From an uncultured Desulfurococcaceae archaeon (GTDB lineage Archaea > Thermoproteota > Thermoprotei_A > Sulfolobales > Desulfurococcaceae): 64,000 bases of DNA. The position numbers were made by a program, and so were the translations under genes. Positions 29,028-38,504 of this stretch are shown piece after piece. The DNA is taken from the NCBI GenBank assembly GCA_964531225.1, contig CAZHDB010000005.1:7350-71349 (forward strand), read 5' to 3'. The notes under the pieces are model-generated. The model did no database searches. It saw only the letters and a program-made list of their open reading frames with translations, and was not told the origin of the DNA. Numbering within the stretch: the stretch's first letter is position 1; every line of letters begins with the position of its first letter.

Positions 29028-29129
29028 CTACATATCAAAAATATAAAAACACACTTATAAGCTACATGCATACCAATAACTAAGTGTTAATCTAATTAAA
29101 GGGTTTTGATATAGAACAGTATACTGGAT

Positions 29130-29183
29130 ATGATGACACGCCACGGACAGAGTACTTTCAATGAAGAGGGCACGTGTTACTGA
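29130..29183 (+). ncRNA. C/D box sRNA candidate
   Basis: ATGATGA-11 nt-CAGA-9 nt-ATGAAGA-12 nt(GGGCACGTGTTA)-CTGA, 54 nt in total. The C' box contains the ATG that the ORF track uses as the start of 29161..29829. Confidence 0.6.
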
Positions 29184-29829
29184 TCAAATACTTAGATTAG
29201 GGGATGAAGAAATGATTTCTACAGATACAATGAAGAAGTTATCCCCGACAGACCCATCTATTAATTTTAAATTTAGACTTACATTCACTCTAGTATTTGT
29301 TTCAGGCACTATCGTTAGTAAAATTATAAGAGATCTAATTAGTTGCAATATAAAGAATGTTGTCTATTTGGGCGAAGACACTCTAGGAGTCACGGTAACA
29401 TTTAGATTAGGGAAAAGAAATATTATAAATAGTTTCTTCAATATTCTTAGGCAATACTCAAATAAAATTCGTATGCTATGTTACGAGCTAAGGGCATCTG
29501 TACCATCTAAGCGATTAAATAAACTTCCATTAAGAATCATTAAGCAAGCCGTCATAAACAATAATACAGCGTCAATAGCGTCCATAAATAATAGATATGT
29601 ATGGGTATACGTAAATAATAAGAAAAATAAGGTTATATTAAAATTTATTGAGGCGAAGATTATTAGTGCACATACACTTGATCCTGCATCATTGCCCCAA
29701 TCATTGTTTATAGTGTGTAAAGACAGCATTAACATAGAGGAACTCATAAATGAAATTAATGAAAAGATAAAGGAATACCTAGTACTTGCGATGAGAAAAG
29801 ATATAATGGGCACAGAATTTAATCATTAA
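29161..29829 (+). CDS. Hypothetical protein (start uncertain)
   Basis: 222-aa Asn/Ile-rich ORF. The first 23 nt overlap the C/D candidate. The in-frame ATG at 29212 is an alternative start. Confidence 0.4.
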   Translation: MKRARVTDQILRLGDEEMISTDTMKKLSPTDPSINFKFRLTFTLVFVSGTIVSKIIRDLISCNIKNVVYLGEDTLGVTVTFRLGKRNIINSFFNILRQYSNKIRMLCYELRASVPSKRLNKLPLRIIKQAVINNNTASIASINNRYVWVYVNNKKNKVILKFIEAKIISAHTLDPASLPQSLFIVCKDSINIEELINEINEKIKEYLVLAMRKDIMGTEFNH

Positions 29830-29832
29830 TTG

Positions 29833-29886
29833 ATGATGAACGCCCTATCTCATGACTAGTAGATGATGTATAAGAACTCCGGCTGA
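29833..29886 (+). ncRNA. C/D box sRNA candidate
   Basis: ATGATGA-12 nt(ACGCCCTATCTC)-ATGA-7 nt-ATGATGT-13 nt(ATAAGAACTCCGG)-CTGA, 54 nt. Flanks TTG/CAA can form a short terminal stem. Starts 4 nt after a stop codon. Confidence 0.65.
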
Positions 29887-29989
29887 CAAATATACACTAT
29901 AATTATCATACTATTAATGATGGAATACCTATATAAAGAACTATGCTTAAATAGAACCTAATTAGAACCCATATTGTAGACTACAAGAG

Positions 29990-30274
29990 GTGGACAAGGG
30001 AATGGTTTTAGGTGCAAATGTAAAGATTATAGATGTATCGAGAAAACCCATATCTGACTATGTGTTTGACGCTGTTGTTAATTTTAATCAAGGAGTAGAA
30101 GAAATCATTATCAAAGGAAGAGGAGATTTCATAAGTAAGGCAGTTGATGTTTATAGGATATTGTCAGAGAGATTAGGAGACTCTATAGAGATCATTAATA
30201 TAGAGATCGGTAGTGAAAGGTTTAGAGGAAGAAGAAGATCTTATATAGCTATACACGTTAAGAGGAGACTTTAG
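29990..30274 (+). CDS. Alba family DNA/RNA-binding protein, divergent paralogue (Alba2-like)
   Basis: Alba fold pattern ...EIIIKGRGDFISKAVDVYRIL...; 94 aa. Confidence 0.7.
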   Translation: MDKGMVLGANVKIIDVSRKPISDYVFDAVVNFNQGVEEIIIKGRGDFISKAVDVYRILSERLGDSIEIINIEIGSERFRGRRRSYIAIHVKRRL

Positions 30275-33200
30275 CGAATTCCCTAGCCATATACCACTCA
30301 TGATCTATTAGCTTATGGCTTACTAATTTACTAAGTATATCTTCTATAGCTTCTACTGCATCTACTTCCCCAACAGTTATCATATCAATAAGTTTCTCCA
30401 TATGTCTGGTAGTCTCAATAGATACTAGATCGGGATAGTTATTAACTAGATAATTATATATCTCGATACCCGTCTTAGTAGGTATTAGGTATTTCCTTTT
30501 CTTAGACTCAATAATGTATCCATGGCGACGTATCTTCGACAATATTGATGCATATGTACTTGGCCTTCCTATGCCAACTTCTTTCATCTTCCTTATAGTT
30601 AAGCCATGATCCATTAGCTTCTCTCTAGAAGTTCTATACTTTCTAATACTAGTTATGTCGAGTTCTATGATGTTTGTATTTGGAAGCCATGTATAAACTA
30701 CTGGTTTAGCTACTAAATCAAAACCGTGACTCTTAACCATGTATGGTATTTCGATCTCAACAAGATATTTTCTTGATAATTCTGTAATAACTTTTGCACA
30801 TAAAACACTATACTCTCTCATTTGGCTAGCCATAAACCTTCTAAAGATCAGATCATATAGTCTAATATGTAATGGCGTTAAGTATATAGGTATGTTAATT
30901 AATCCTTCAGCTAATGCCTTCTCAAGATCGGTTGCATCCCATGGATGAGTAGGCCTTATAGCTTCATGGGTACCCTTACTTCCCCAATGTCTAGGGACAA
31001 GGTATTCATTAAGACCCTTTTCCTTAGCATAGTTCTTAGCAATTTCAATACCTGTATTGGATACATATGTTGAGTCAGTCCTATGATATGTTATAAGACC
31101 TGATTCAAAGAGTTCTTGGGCAAGTTTCATAGCAAGTGTTGCAGGTATACCTATTCGTGAGGCATCATATAATAGTTCATCAGTTGTATATGGAGGCTTA
31201 GGTTTAACAATTTTCTCAAATCTATCTATAACTCTAATAACGATTTTATTCCTCTTCACGACCTCTTCATAGATCTCTTTAGCAACATCGTTATTATCTA
31301 TACAAATCCTTATAGGCAAGTAGGGCTTCTCAGAACCAGCCATGATGGATATTGCAGTGCATTGTTTCTCTTTCCACTTCCTATAGGCATCAATGATCCA
31401 CCCGAGAACAGGTGTCTGTACACGGCCTGCTCCAAGCCAGTGCTTATTAAATTTATTCCATAACTCAGTACTGAGACTAAACCCTATAATTCGATCAAGT
31501 ATTCTGCGATAGAGTTGTGCCTGAACAAGATTTATATTTAGAGATTTCTTCTCTTTAAGTGCCTTTTCAAGCTCTTTCCTAGTTATTTCATGGAATTCTA
31601 CCCTGTAGACATAATTATTTAATGGCTTTACTACAAGATAGATGTCAAAGGCAATTTTTTCGCCTTCAGTATCAGGGTCTGTACCGATTAGTATTTCATC
31701 TACTTCACTGGCTAGTTTTCTTAAAACATTAACTACTTCCAAAGCATCATAAATACTTGTACTACCACATCTTGGACAAGAATTTCCATGGCTAAACTGG
31801 TGCCCGCATAAACGGCACCTTTTAATGGTGTTATATACAGGATTATACTCTTTACTATCTACGTTATACTCTAAACCATAGAGTCCTCTAGAGGGATCTG
31901 TTGTCAAATCAAATATGTGTCCACGAGTGGCTAAAATATTTAGATACATAATCCTATTTCCATCTACAATAGGTGTTTCATAAACTATTAATTGGCCTAT
32001 CCTTCTCCTGGCTGGTTTACCAAAGAAATTAGCTATTGTCCTAGCCTTAGTGGGTGATTCAACAACTAATAATACGGTCTTAAAATGTATGTTGTATGAA
32101 CTACCTTTTCTAGACCTAGATCTTTTGATTTTCTCGAGTTCTCTTTTAATATTTATCCTTGTAAACTTCTTAAATGATGCCTCTTTACTTATAAACTTCA
32201 TTTTAACCTCTAATGCTCTTACAAGCTCCTCTAATTCCTTATCTTCTATGATTATCGACAAACCATGGGTCATATCTCCATTATATAGTCTTGACGTGCG
32301 TCCACTAGCTTGTATATAGGTCATTAAGTCTGGTATTAAGCCTATATATTTAGAACTATGCTTAATAAGTACTATAGTTCCAACTACAATCTTTTGTTTT
32401 ATATCAAGTATTTCTTTTAATTTATTAAGTGTATACTCCATTATCTCTTCTATAGTATTATACCATTCAATGATCCTAGTACTTGATACATCGTCAATAG
32501 TTATTCTCTTTTTAAGTAGTGATGTTATTATACGATATTCTTTACGATTAATATATCTGAGTATCCTTGACAGTCTAAACATGTATTCTCTAACACTATA
32601 TCCATTCTCGCTAAGGTGAATAAGCATTCTATATAGAGTTCTAATATTAGCTAATAAATTATTGATCTCTATTGAGAAGCAGGGCGTACCAATAAATATA
32701 ATGTATTTTATTTTCTCTGGCGAATCAATGCCTCTAACACTAACTCCATAGTATGAACCGGATCCAATAACTATATCTACTCTTCCATCAAGAAGCTTCT
32801 TCACGTTAGCTGGCGTGGCCTTAGCTACTGTATAGTCTGTATTTCTACTTAAATAATCAATTATGTCATCTATTGATATATAATGTTTTAATGGATGAAA
32901 CGAGCTTATTAATATAATTCCTCCGGGACCAACTTTATTAACTATTCTATAGACCCATTGAAGGATTTTGTTTTTCTCAGTGACAATATATGTATCACAT
33001 ACATCTCTTGCGTAGAGAGTTATACCTGCAACATCGAATTCTAATAACTCCCTCATAACAGCGATGTAGGGTCCACGGGCTCTTCCAGTAGCGCTTGCTA
33101 CTATGATCTGTCCATGCCTATTTTTAGCTTTAGCTTCTCTAAGCTTTGCCTCTATATCAAGATATTTCTTCAAAGCCTCATTGTATTTATCCTCTAAACC

Positions 33201-33938
33201 GTTTGCCTTTAATACTAAGAGCCTACTTCTTAGATCGGTGAGTTCTCTAGCAAGCATTATAGTCTCCTGATTATATCCTAGCATATTGAGTAGTCTCACA
33301 ATATTCTTTGATCGATTAAGTATGGAGTCAACATCATCTGCGATAATTATGTCGAAGAACTTCTTCTCAAATAAAGCTGGATGTCTTGATAAGAACGCAT
33401 TTGTTATAACCAGAATATCATAGTCATCTTTCCTAATACGATCAATTATTTCGTCTCTATGGCTCTTTCTGGAAGATGAATCATAAAATAATATTCTACC
33501 ATTATAATTAGAGGATTTGGCCATTGAAGATAGCCGATTATATATCTGCTTAGCCAGACTTGATGTCGGGGCTAATATTAGTACCTTCTTCTTATATCTG
33601 CTACTCATATATAGCGAGAATGTTGCTAGTAATGTTGTTTTGCCGATACCCGTTGGTGCTATAATACTTGTGTTCTCGCCCTTGAACAATCTTTTAAGCC
33701 ATATACGTTGACTACCCCATAAACTATAGCCTCCAGTAGCTCTCCTAAAATACTCCTCAAACTCTATGATCTCATTTTCGATCGATCTATTGTACTCTAC
33801 GAGTCCGAGTTTATAACTTGTACTTTGTCTAGAACATTTCCTACAAATGCCATAATTCATTATAGAGTAAGCATCAGCTTCTCCACCACATGAAGGACAT
33901 AAGCCGCTGTATATAGGATTAACTGGCAAGTTTAACAT
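30258..33938 (-). CDS. rgy: Reverse gyrase
   Basis: N-terminal Zn finger CPSCGG...CRKC. Helicase motifs APTGIGKTT and ADDVDS. Toprim motifs VVESPTKA and DPDTEGE. A second Zn finger CRLCG...CPRCG. Topo IA active site YHRTDS. 1226 aa. Confidence 0.95.
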   Translation of the reverse strand: MLNLPVNPIYSGLCPSCGGEADAYSIMNYGICRKCSRQSTSYKLGLVEYNRSIENEIIEFEEYFRRATGGYSLWGSQRIWLKRLFKGENTSIIAPTGIGKTTLLATFSLYMSSRYKKKVLILAPTSSLAKQIYNRLSSMAKSSNYNGRILFYDSSSRKSHRDEIIDRIRKDDYDILVITNAFLSRHPALFEKKFFDIIIADDVDSILNRSKNIVRLLNMLGYNQETIMLARELTDLRSRLLVLKANGLEDKYNEALKKYLDIEAKLREAKAKNRHGQIIVASATGRARGPYIAVMRELLEFDVAGITLYARDVCDTYIVTEKNKILQWVYRIVNKVGPGGIILISSFHPLKHYISIDDIIDYLSRNTDYTVAKATPANVKKLLDGRVDIVIGSGSYYGVSVRGIDSPEKIKYIIFIGTPCFSIEINNLLANIRTLYRMLIHLSENGYSVREYMFRLSRILRYINRKEYRIITSLLKKRITIDDVSSTRIIEWYNTIEEIMEYTLNKLKEILDIKQKIVVGTIVLIKHSSKYIGLIPDLMTYIQASGRTSRLYNGDMTHGLSIIIEDKELEELVRALEVKMKFISKEASFKKFTRINIKRELEKIKRSRSRKGSSYNIHFKTVLLVVESPTKARTIANFFGKPARRRIGQLIVYETPIVDGNRIMYLNILATRGHIFDLTTDPSRGLYGLEYNVDSKEYNPVYNTIKRCRLCGHQFSHGNSCPRCGSTSIYDALEVVNVLRKLASEVDEILIGTDPDTEGEKIAFDIYLVVKPLNNYVYRVEFHEITRKELEKALKEKKSLNINLVQAQLYRRILDRIIGFSLSTELWNKFNKHWLGAGRVQTPVLGWIIDAYRKWKEKQCTAISIMAGSEKPYLPIRICIDNNDVAKEIYEEVVKRNKIVIRVIDRFEKIVKPKPPYTTDELLYDASRIGIPATLAMKLAQELFESGLITYHRTDSTYVSNTGIEIAKNYAKEKGLNEYLVPRHWGSKGTHEAIRPTHPWDATDLEKALAEGLINIPIYLTPLHIRLYDLIFRRFMASQMREYSVLCAKVITELSRKYLVEIEIPYMVKSHGFDLVAKPVVYTWLPNTNIIELDITSIRKYRTSREKLMDHGLTIRKMKEVGIGRPSTYASILSKIRRHGYIIESKKRKYLIPTKTGIEIYNYLVNNYPDLVSIETTRHMEKLIDMITVGEVDAVEAIEDILSKLVSHKLIDHEWYMAREFAKVSS

Positions 33939-34078
33939 ACCCCTTCCGATAATACCATGTAGGTTGGCGGATTGGAATTAAAATGGAGAGGCCTAATAAC
34001 ACTAGGTGGGAAACACTTATATACAGCTACCCAAATATCATGGATTCCAGTAATATCTAGTATAGGAGGAGAATAGAC

Positions 34079-34372
34079 ATGGCCGAGGCAACACCTCAAC
34101 CAAGCAATACGGTTCTAGTAGGTAAGAAAAACGTCATGAACTACGTACTAGCAGTACTAACCCTAATACATCAAGGCGTTAAAGAGGTAGTAGTAAAGGC
34201 TAGGGGACGTGCTATTAGTAAGGCAGTTGACACTGTAGAGATCGTTAGAAGCAGATTCCTACCAGAGAAGGTAAAAGTTAAGGACATCAAGATCGGTAGT
34301 CAAACAGTAACCAATCCTAACGGCCGCCAGACACGTGTAAGCACAATAGAGATCGTATTAGAAGCAGAGTAA
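34079..34372 (+). CDS. albA: Alba (Sso10b-type) chromatin/RNA-binding protein
   Basis: Canonical pattern [15 protein letters not shown]...[21 protein letters not shown]; 97 aa. Confidence 0.85.
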   Translation: MAEATPQPSNTVLVGKKNVMNYVLAVLTLIHQGVKEVVVKARGRAISKAVDTVEIVRSRFLPEKVKVKDIKIGSQTVTNPNGRQTRVSTIEIVLEAE

Positions 34373-34414
34373 TCGGGTTAGTAGAGATAGTAATACAATA
34401 CCAATGTATTTTTC

Positions 34415-34735
34415 TCATGCACTTTCTCTTTCGTGCTGTTTACATCGTTTTAAAATATATTTTGATAAATAATTATCAAGTATTTCATATAAACCCCTAC
34501 ATTTATATATGACTTTATCTACTTTAATGAGGAAGCCCATTCTATATAATCTCTTAATGATATTATATGCCACCTTCCTATTACAGCAGAATTCTTTAAT
34601 AAGCAAATCTGATGCTTCACCTATATTGAAGTTTCCAGAGCCATAGACCTTATATATCAAATAATATGCTAAAAATTCTCTCTTCTTAGGCCAGCGAGTA
34701 ATATATTTATGTTCAGTAGCCTGGTTAGACATCAT
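34415..34735 (-). CDS. Hypothetical winged-helix-like protein (start uncertain)
   Basis: The IGEASDLL...VAYNIIKRLYRMGFL pattern suggests a wHTH. The first 23 nt (ATGATGT...) coincide with the C' box, guide and D box of a C/D sRNA candidate. Confidence 0.45.
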   Translation of the reverse strand: MMSNQATEHKYITRWPKKREFLAYYLIYKVYGSGNFNIGEASDLLIKEFCCNRKVAYNIIKRLYRMGFLIKVDKVIYKCRGLYEILDNYLSKYILKRCKQHERESA

Positions 34736-34765
34736 CTACTCATCAGCCCTTACAAGAATCATCAT
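34713..34765 (-). ncRNA. C/D box sRNA candidate (best in window)
   Basis: Minus strand reads ATGATGA-12 nt(TTCTTGTAAGGG)-CTGA-7 nt-ATGATGT-12 nt(CTAACCAGGCTA)-CTGA, 53 nt. Both spacers are exactly 12 nt and both D boxes are consensus. Confidence 0.75.
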
Positions 34766-34777
34766 GCCCGAGCCCAA

Positions 34778-35110
34778 TTATTCCTCAAATAACTCTACGA
34801 TTATCCTCGCTTTAATCTTCTTCCTCGTAAATGGAGGAGGTTCTTCACCGAGATCTATTGCAAATACGATGGGGTTTTCAAGACCATCTCTAAATCTGAT
34901 CTCTGCAACATAATGTTTCTTAGGCCCTTTCTCCATACTTTTAATTAAGGCATCATAGATCCTTGATAAAGCCATTTGTAGAGCTATAGGACTAGAGAAA
35001 TCCTCTGGTGTCAAGCGGATAGTTGAAAAATCCTTTATAACTTCACCAATTCTACCTTCTCCTTCAAATATTGCTATCTTTCTCTTCATTTCACCCTCTT
35101 CATAATCCAT
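34778..35110 (-). CDS. Hypothetical protein
   Basis: 110-aa ORF with no motif. Confidence 0.4.
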   Translation of the reverse strand: MDYEEGEMKRKIAIFEGEGRIGEVIKDFSTIRLTPEDFSSPIALQMALSRIYDALIKSMEKGPKKHYVAEIRFRDGLENPIVFAIDLGEEPPPFTRKKIKARIIVELFEE

Positions 35111-35188
35111 TGTAAACCCTCCAAGTGTTTATCAAGGCTTATGTTGTATTAACAAGTTAATTAAACTCTCCTCATAGAAAATATTGTA

Positions 35189-35929
35189 TTGGGTATAAAT
35201 TGTATGGCCAACATACCAGCTAATGTATTTATCCTCGAAAGTAGTATATTATGGGATATAGATAATGAGTTATTATTAAAATTACTCAATACATTGAAAA
35301 GCTATGATGTACTTAAAGCTGAAGAGACTGGATATACACTTGTCAGGACAGTTAACAATAGAAGACTATACCTATCTATCGGCATTAATAGTCTCTTTAT
35401 ACATGGAAATAAAGAATTACATGATCTATTTAAACAACATGGTATCAGGTACTACGTTAATCTAAAAAGTGTATGGATCAAAACATGTAGATTACGTAGA
35501 GACATATTGATAGGAGATCTTTTAAGAAAAACCATTGATCGATTGAAGACCGTTAGGCAGGGAGAGTGTATTTACATAAATGATTCTGGCAACATATGTA
35601 GTTCCGTATCTAATGATGTAAAGTTACAAATATGTCATAACATTACTGATGAAGAAAATATAGTGCCCTTGAAACCCTATCATCCAGTATCTTATGGAGT
35701 GATTCGCCATGTCGACTTCTATGATAAAAGGTATAGGAAGGCATTGGAAAGGTATCTTACTGAAAAGACAAACTATGATACACTAGCCTATGTAGTTGTG
35801 GACAGCAACTATAAATCTTTTATCGATGTGAATGAAATTAAAAGATTCGTTAGAATAAACTTCATTCCAAGGAGCATTGATCTATTTAAATTACTTCTTA
35901 ACTCAATATTCTACACATTATGTGTTTAG
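35189..35929 (+). CDS. Hypothetical protein
   Basis: 246-aa ORF with no motif. Its 3' end overlaps the convergent xpb 3' end by 12 nt. Confidence 0.4.
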   Translation: MGINCMANIPANVFILESSILWDIDNELLLKLLNTLKSYDVLKAEETGYTLVRTVNNRRLYLSIGINSLFIHGNKELHDLFKQHGIRYYVNLKSVWIKTCRLRRDILIGDLLRKTIDRLKTVRQGECIYINDSGNICSSVSNDVKLQICHNITDEENIVPLKPYHPVSYGVIRHVDFYDKRYRKALERYLTEKTNYDTLAYVVVDSNYKSFIDVNEIKRFVRINFIPRSIDLFKLLLNSIFYTLCV

Positions 35930-37582
35930 ATCACTATAATCAAATAATATGCTCTTTCTCTTTTTAGATAGGTATTCATCAGGCGTGCCCTCAATGACTA
36001 TTTCATAAAGCTTAGCCTCCTGATTACCTGATTTAGGCCTTAACAGTCTACCCAGTCTCTGTATAAATTGCCGTCTAGACCCAGTACCTGATACGAGTAT
36101 ACCTACATTAGCATCAGGAATATCTAGTCCTTCATCACCTACAGTTGTTACAACAAGTATACCACTTGGTGCCTTCTTAAATTCCTCAAGTATTCTTTTC
36201 CTAGTCTTTGAATCAAGTTCGCCAGTTAATAGGTAAGCATTTAATTCTTCACTAATTTTCTTAGCCTGTTCAATATACTGGGTAAATATAATGATCTTGT
36301 TACCAGACTTAAGCTCTTTACTAGCTATTTCAACCGCCTTTTTGATCTTATTCTTTGAATTAGCAACTAATAATCTAAGTCTACTATGTATGCGTAATGC
36401 ATCAGCCGCCTTCTTATCACCCCTTCTAGCAGCTTCTAAAACTTCTTTAAAACTACGATTACCTGTCAATACTCTGAAGGTCTTTCTAAGCTCACGATAT
36501 TCCCTAATCTCATCCGGAGCTAATCTAACCTTTACAGTATACACTCTGTACCTAGCAAGATATCCTCTAGCAGATAACTCTGCAGCAGTAACATGATAGA
36601 TGACTCCCCCCATTAAGGGGAACAACTCTATATGTTTACCATCTTCCCTAACAACTGTTGCTGAAAGCCCCATTCTATATGGTGCTATCGAATGTATAGC
36701 TATAGTCTTAAACTTATCAGCTGGCAAATGATGGCATTCATCGATTATTAAGAAGTCGTAATATCTACCAAGAAGCCCCATATTACGAAATGCTGATTGA
36801 TAAGTAGTGATCGTTATAGGTGCTAGCCTCTTTATTTCTGCATAAAATAGTCCTACATAGGGCTTATCAATATCTGTAAACCTATAGATCATTTCTCTCC
36901 ATTGAAACATTTGCTCCTTAGTGTACGTTACAATAAGGGTCCTCCTACTAATAACCGGTATAGCGGCTATAGCAATAACGGTCTTGCCAGAACCAGTTGG
37001 TAAGGCAATAATCCCTTTACCGCCATTATCTATCCATTTCCTAAGAGCCTCTTTCTGATAATCTCTAAGTTTGCCAGTAAATTTCAGTTTAAAGCTAAGC
37101 CTCTTCTCAATAGTTAAATTATCACTGTCGTCCAAAGAGAAATCATTATCTACAATATACTTCCTAAAGTCATATAATTTATCAGCACGCATAGTATACA
37201 TTATACCATAATCATCCTTACCCACATACCTAGTGCCGAAAACTCGAAGATCCTCCTTTATAATCTTGTATATACTCCATGGTATGTGCGTTATGACTTC
37301 TCTATGGGAATCATCCCACTTTATCCTAATGAGTGTCTTATCCCTATAACCCTCCTTGATCAATTCAAGATCTTCTTGTGGAATTTCTACGCCAGCTTCT
37401 TCAAGTAAATTAATTATATCCTCTACAGTATATCCATTAGCAATAGCCTTTTCAATATTGATCTTGAAAACTGATCCCTCTCCTCTATAATAACCTAGAT
37501 AGTCGGCTATTTTCATAATTTCCTTGAATAAGTGTTCATCAAGCCATTTTTTAACAACAATTCTTACTTGTCTATTCATCAA
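35918..37582 (-). CDS. xpb: XPB/Rad25-type DNA repair helicase
   Basis: Motif I LPTGSGKT, motif II DECHH, RED motif (VVREDGK) and motif VI QFIQRLGRLLR. Confidence 0.85.
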   Translation of the reverse strand: MMNRQVRIVVKKWLDEHLFKEIMKIADYLGYYRGEGSVFKINIEKAIANGYTVEDIINLLEEAGVEIPQEDLELIKEGYRDKTLIRIKWDDSHREVITHIPWSIYKIIKEDLRVFGTRYVGKDDYGIMYTMRADKLYDFRKYIVDNDFSLDDSDNLTIEKRLSFKLKFTGKLRDYQKEALRKWIDNGGKGIIALPTGSGKTVIAIAAIPVISRRTLIVTYTKEQMFQWREMIYRFTDIDKPYVGLFYAEIKRLAPITITTYQSAFRNMGLLGRYYDFLIIDECHHLPADKFKTIAIHSIAPYRMGLSATVVREDGKHIELFPLMGGVIYHVTAAELSARGYLARYRVYTVKVRLAPDEIREYRELRKTFRVLTGNRSFKEVLEAARRGDKKAADALRIHSRLRLLVANSKNKIKKAVEIASKELKSGNKIIIFTQYIEQAKKISEELNAYLLTGELDSKTRKRILEEFKKAPSGILVVTTVGDEGLDIPDANVGILVSGTGSRRQFIQRLGRLLRPKSGNQEAKLYEIVIEGTPDEYLSKKRKSILFDYSDLNT

Positions 37583-37922
37583 CTTCTCCCATAGGATTCT
37601 CAGTGTATATCTTATATGATACTTTACTGCAATCCCATCTATATTTGCTAAGGTATTTTAAGATATGTTTTCCAACATAGAACTTTATAACACCCCTAAT
37701 ACTTTGAATAATGATGGTGTTTCTGAGAATATACTCGATATCTCTATCAAGCTCCTTATCTTTATGGATAATTATTGCTGGATAAAAATCTACAAGGTCT
37801 AATTCTGCTGGATATTTATAGAATACAATATGATATATTATGCATAAATTATTAAAACCCCATGAACGCCCCGCTATACATAATTCGATATAATTTGCAT
37901 TGTTATACCATGCATCGTGCAA
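37572..37922 (-). CDS. Hypothetical protein overlapping the xpb start (possible gene remnant)
   Basis: 116-aa ORF with a TTG start. The frame stays open upstream to 38024 without an ATG. It overlaps xpb by 11 nt and abuts the TnpB remnant. Confidence 0.35.
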   Translation of the reverse strand: MHDAWYNNANYIELCIAGRSWGFNNLCIIYHIVFYKYPAELDLVDFYPAIIIHKDKELDRDIEYILRNTIIIQSIRGVIKFYVGKHILKYLSKYRWDCSKVSYKIYTENPMGEVDE

Positions 37923-38001
37923 TGCACTATAAATCCTGTCCTCTAATGTCTCAGTTTCATCACATAATATCTTTAATGTGTCAATAATTCTGGATATAAC
38001 A

Positions 38002-38462
38002 TCATCCAGAGACGGTATTAGGGTTCACCTCTCTATATGATTTTATATGAATGTATATGAACGTCATCGGCTCATCTTTTGTTAACTCGCTCTTCGGTCT
38101 GGTTTCATACGTCATTGAGCAGGTGCCCCACGACCCAGAGCGTGGGGCTATGGATTTGAGTGCTTTTAGGTAGATGTTTATTGCTCCTACCATGTCTCTA
38201 TCTGCTATGAACTTGCATCTGGGACATACTCCTAACCTATGGCTATAGACTAGCGTTTCTCCGTATCTAGGCTACCGTCGTAGGTAACAACTTTCTTTAG
38301 GTTAACATCTAGAGAAATAGTGTTTCTTGGCTTGTATATAAAACTTGCAACGGCATTACCTAAAACAATAGTGTAAGGAGGTCGCCGCGTGGGTTTTTCC
38401 TCATGTTTTTCATCAGTTTTTAAGACCCCGTTCATCCCCCACATACTCGTATTTGATAACAA
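38002..38462 (-). pseudogene. Degraded IS200/IS605-family TnpB (OrfB) remnant
   Basis: Two frames are involved. One encodes a RuvC-I-like piece (RNTISLDVNLKKVVTYDGS). After a stop and frame change, the other encodes the Zn-finger/RuvC-III end (GVCPRCKFIADRDMVGAINIYLKA). The first roughly 150 aa and the central part of a normal TnpB are absent. Confidence 0.6.
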
Positions 38463-38504
38463 CCTTTAAAACTTATTTAAATAGTCCTATGTAGATGTAT
38501 AGAG

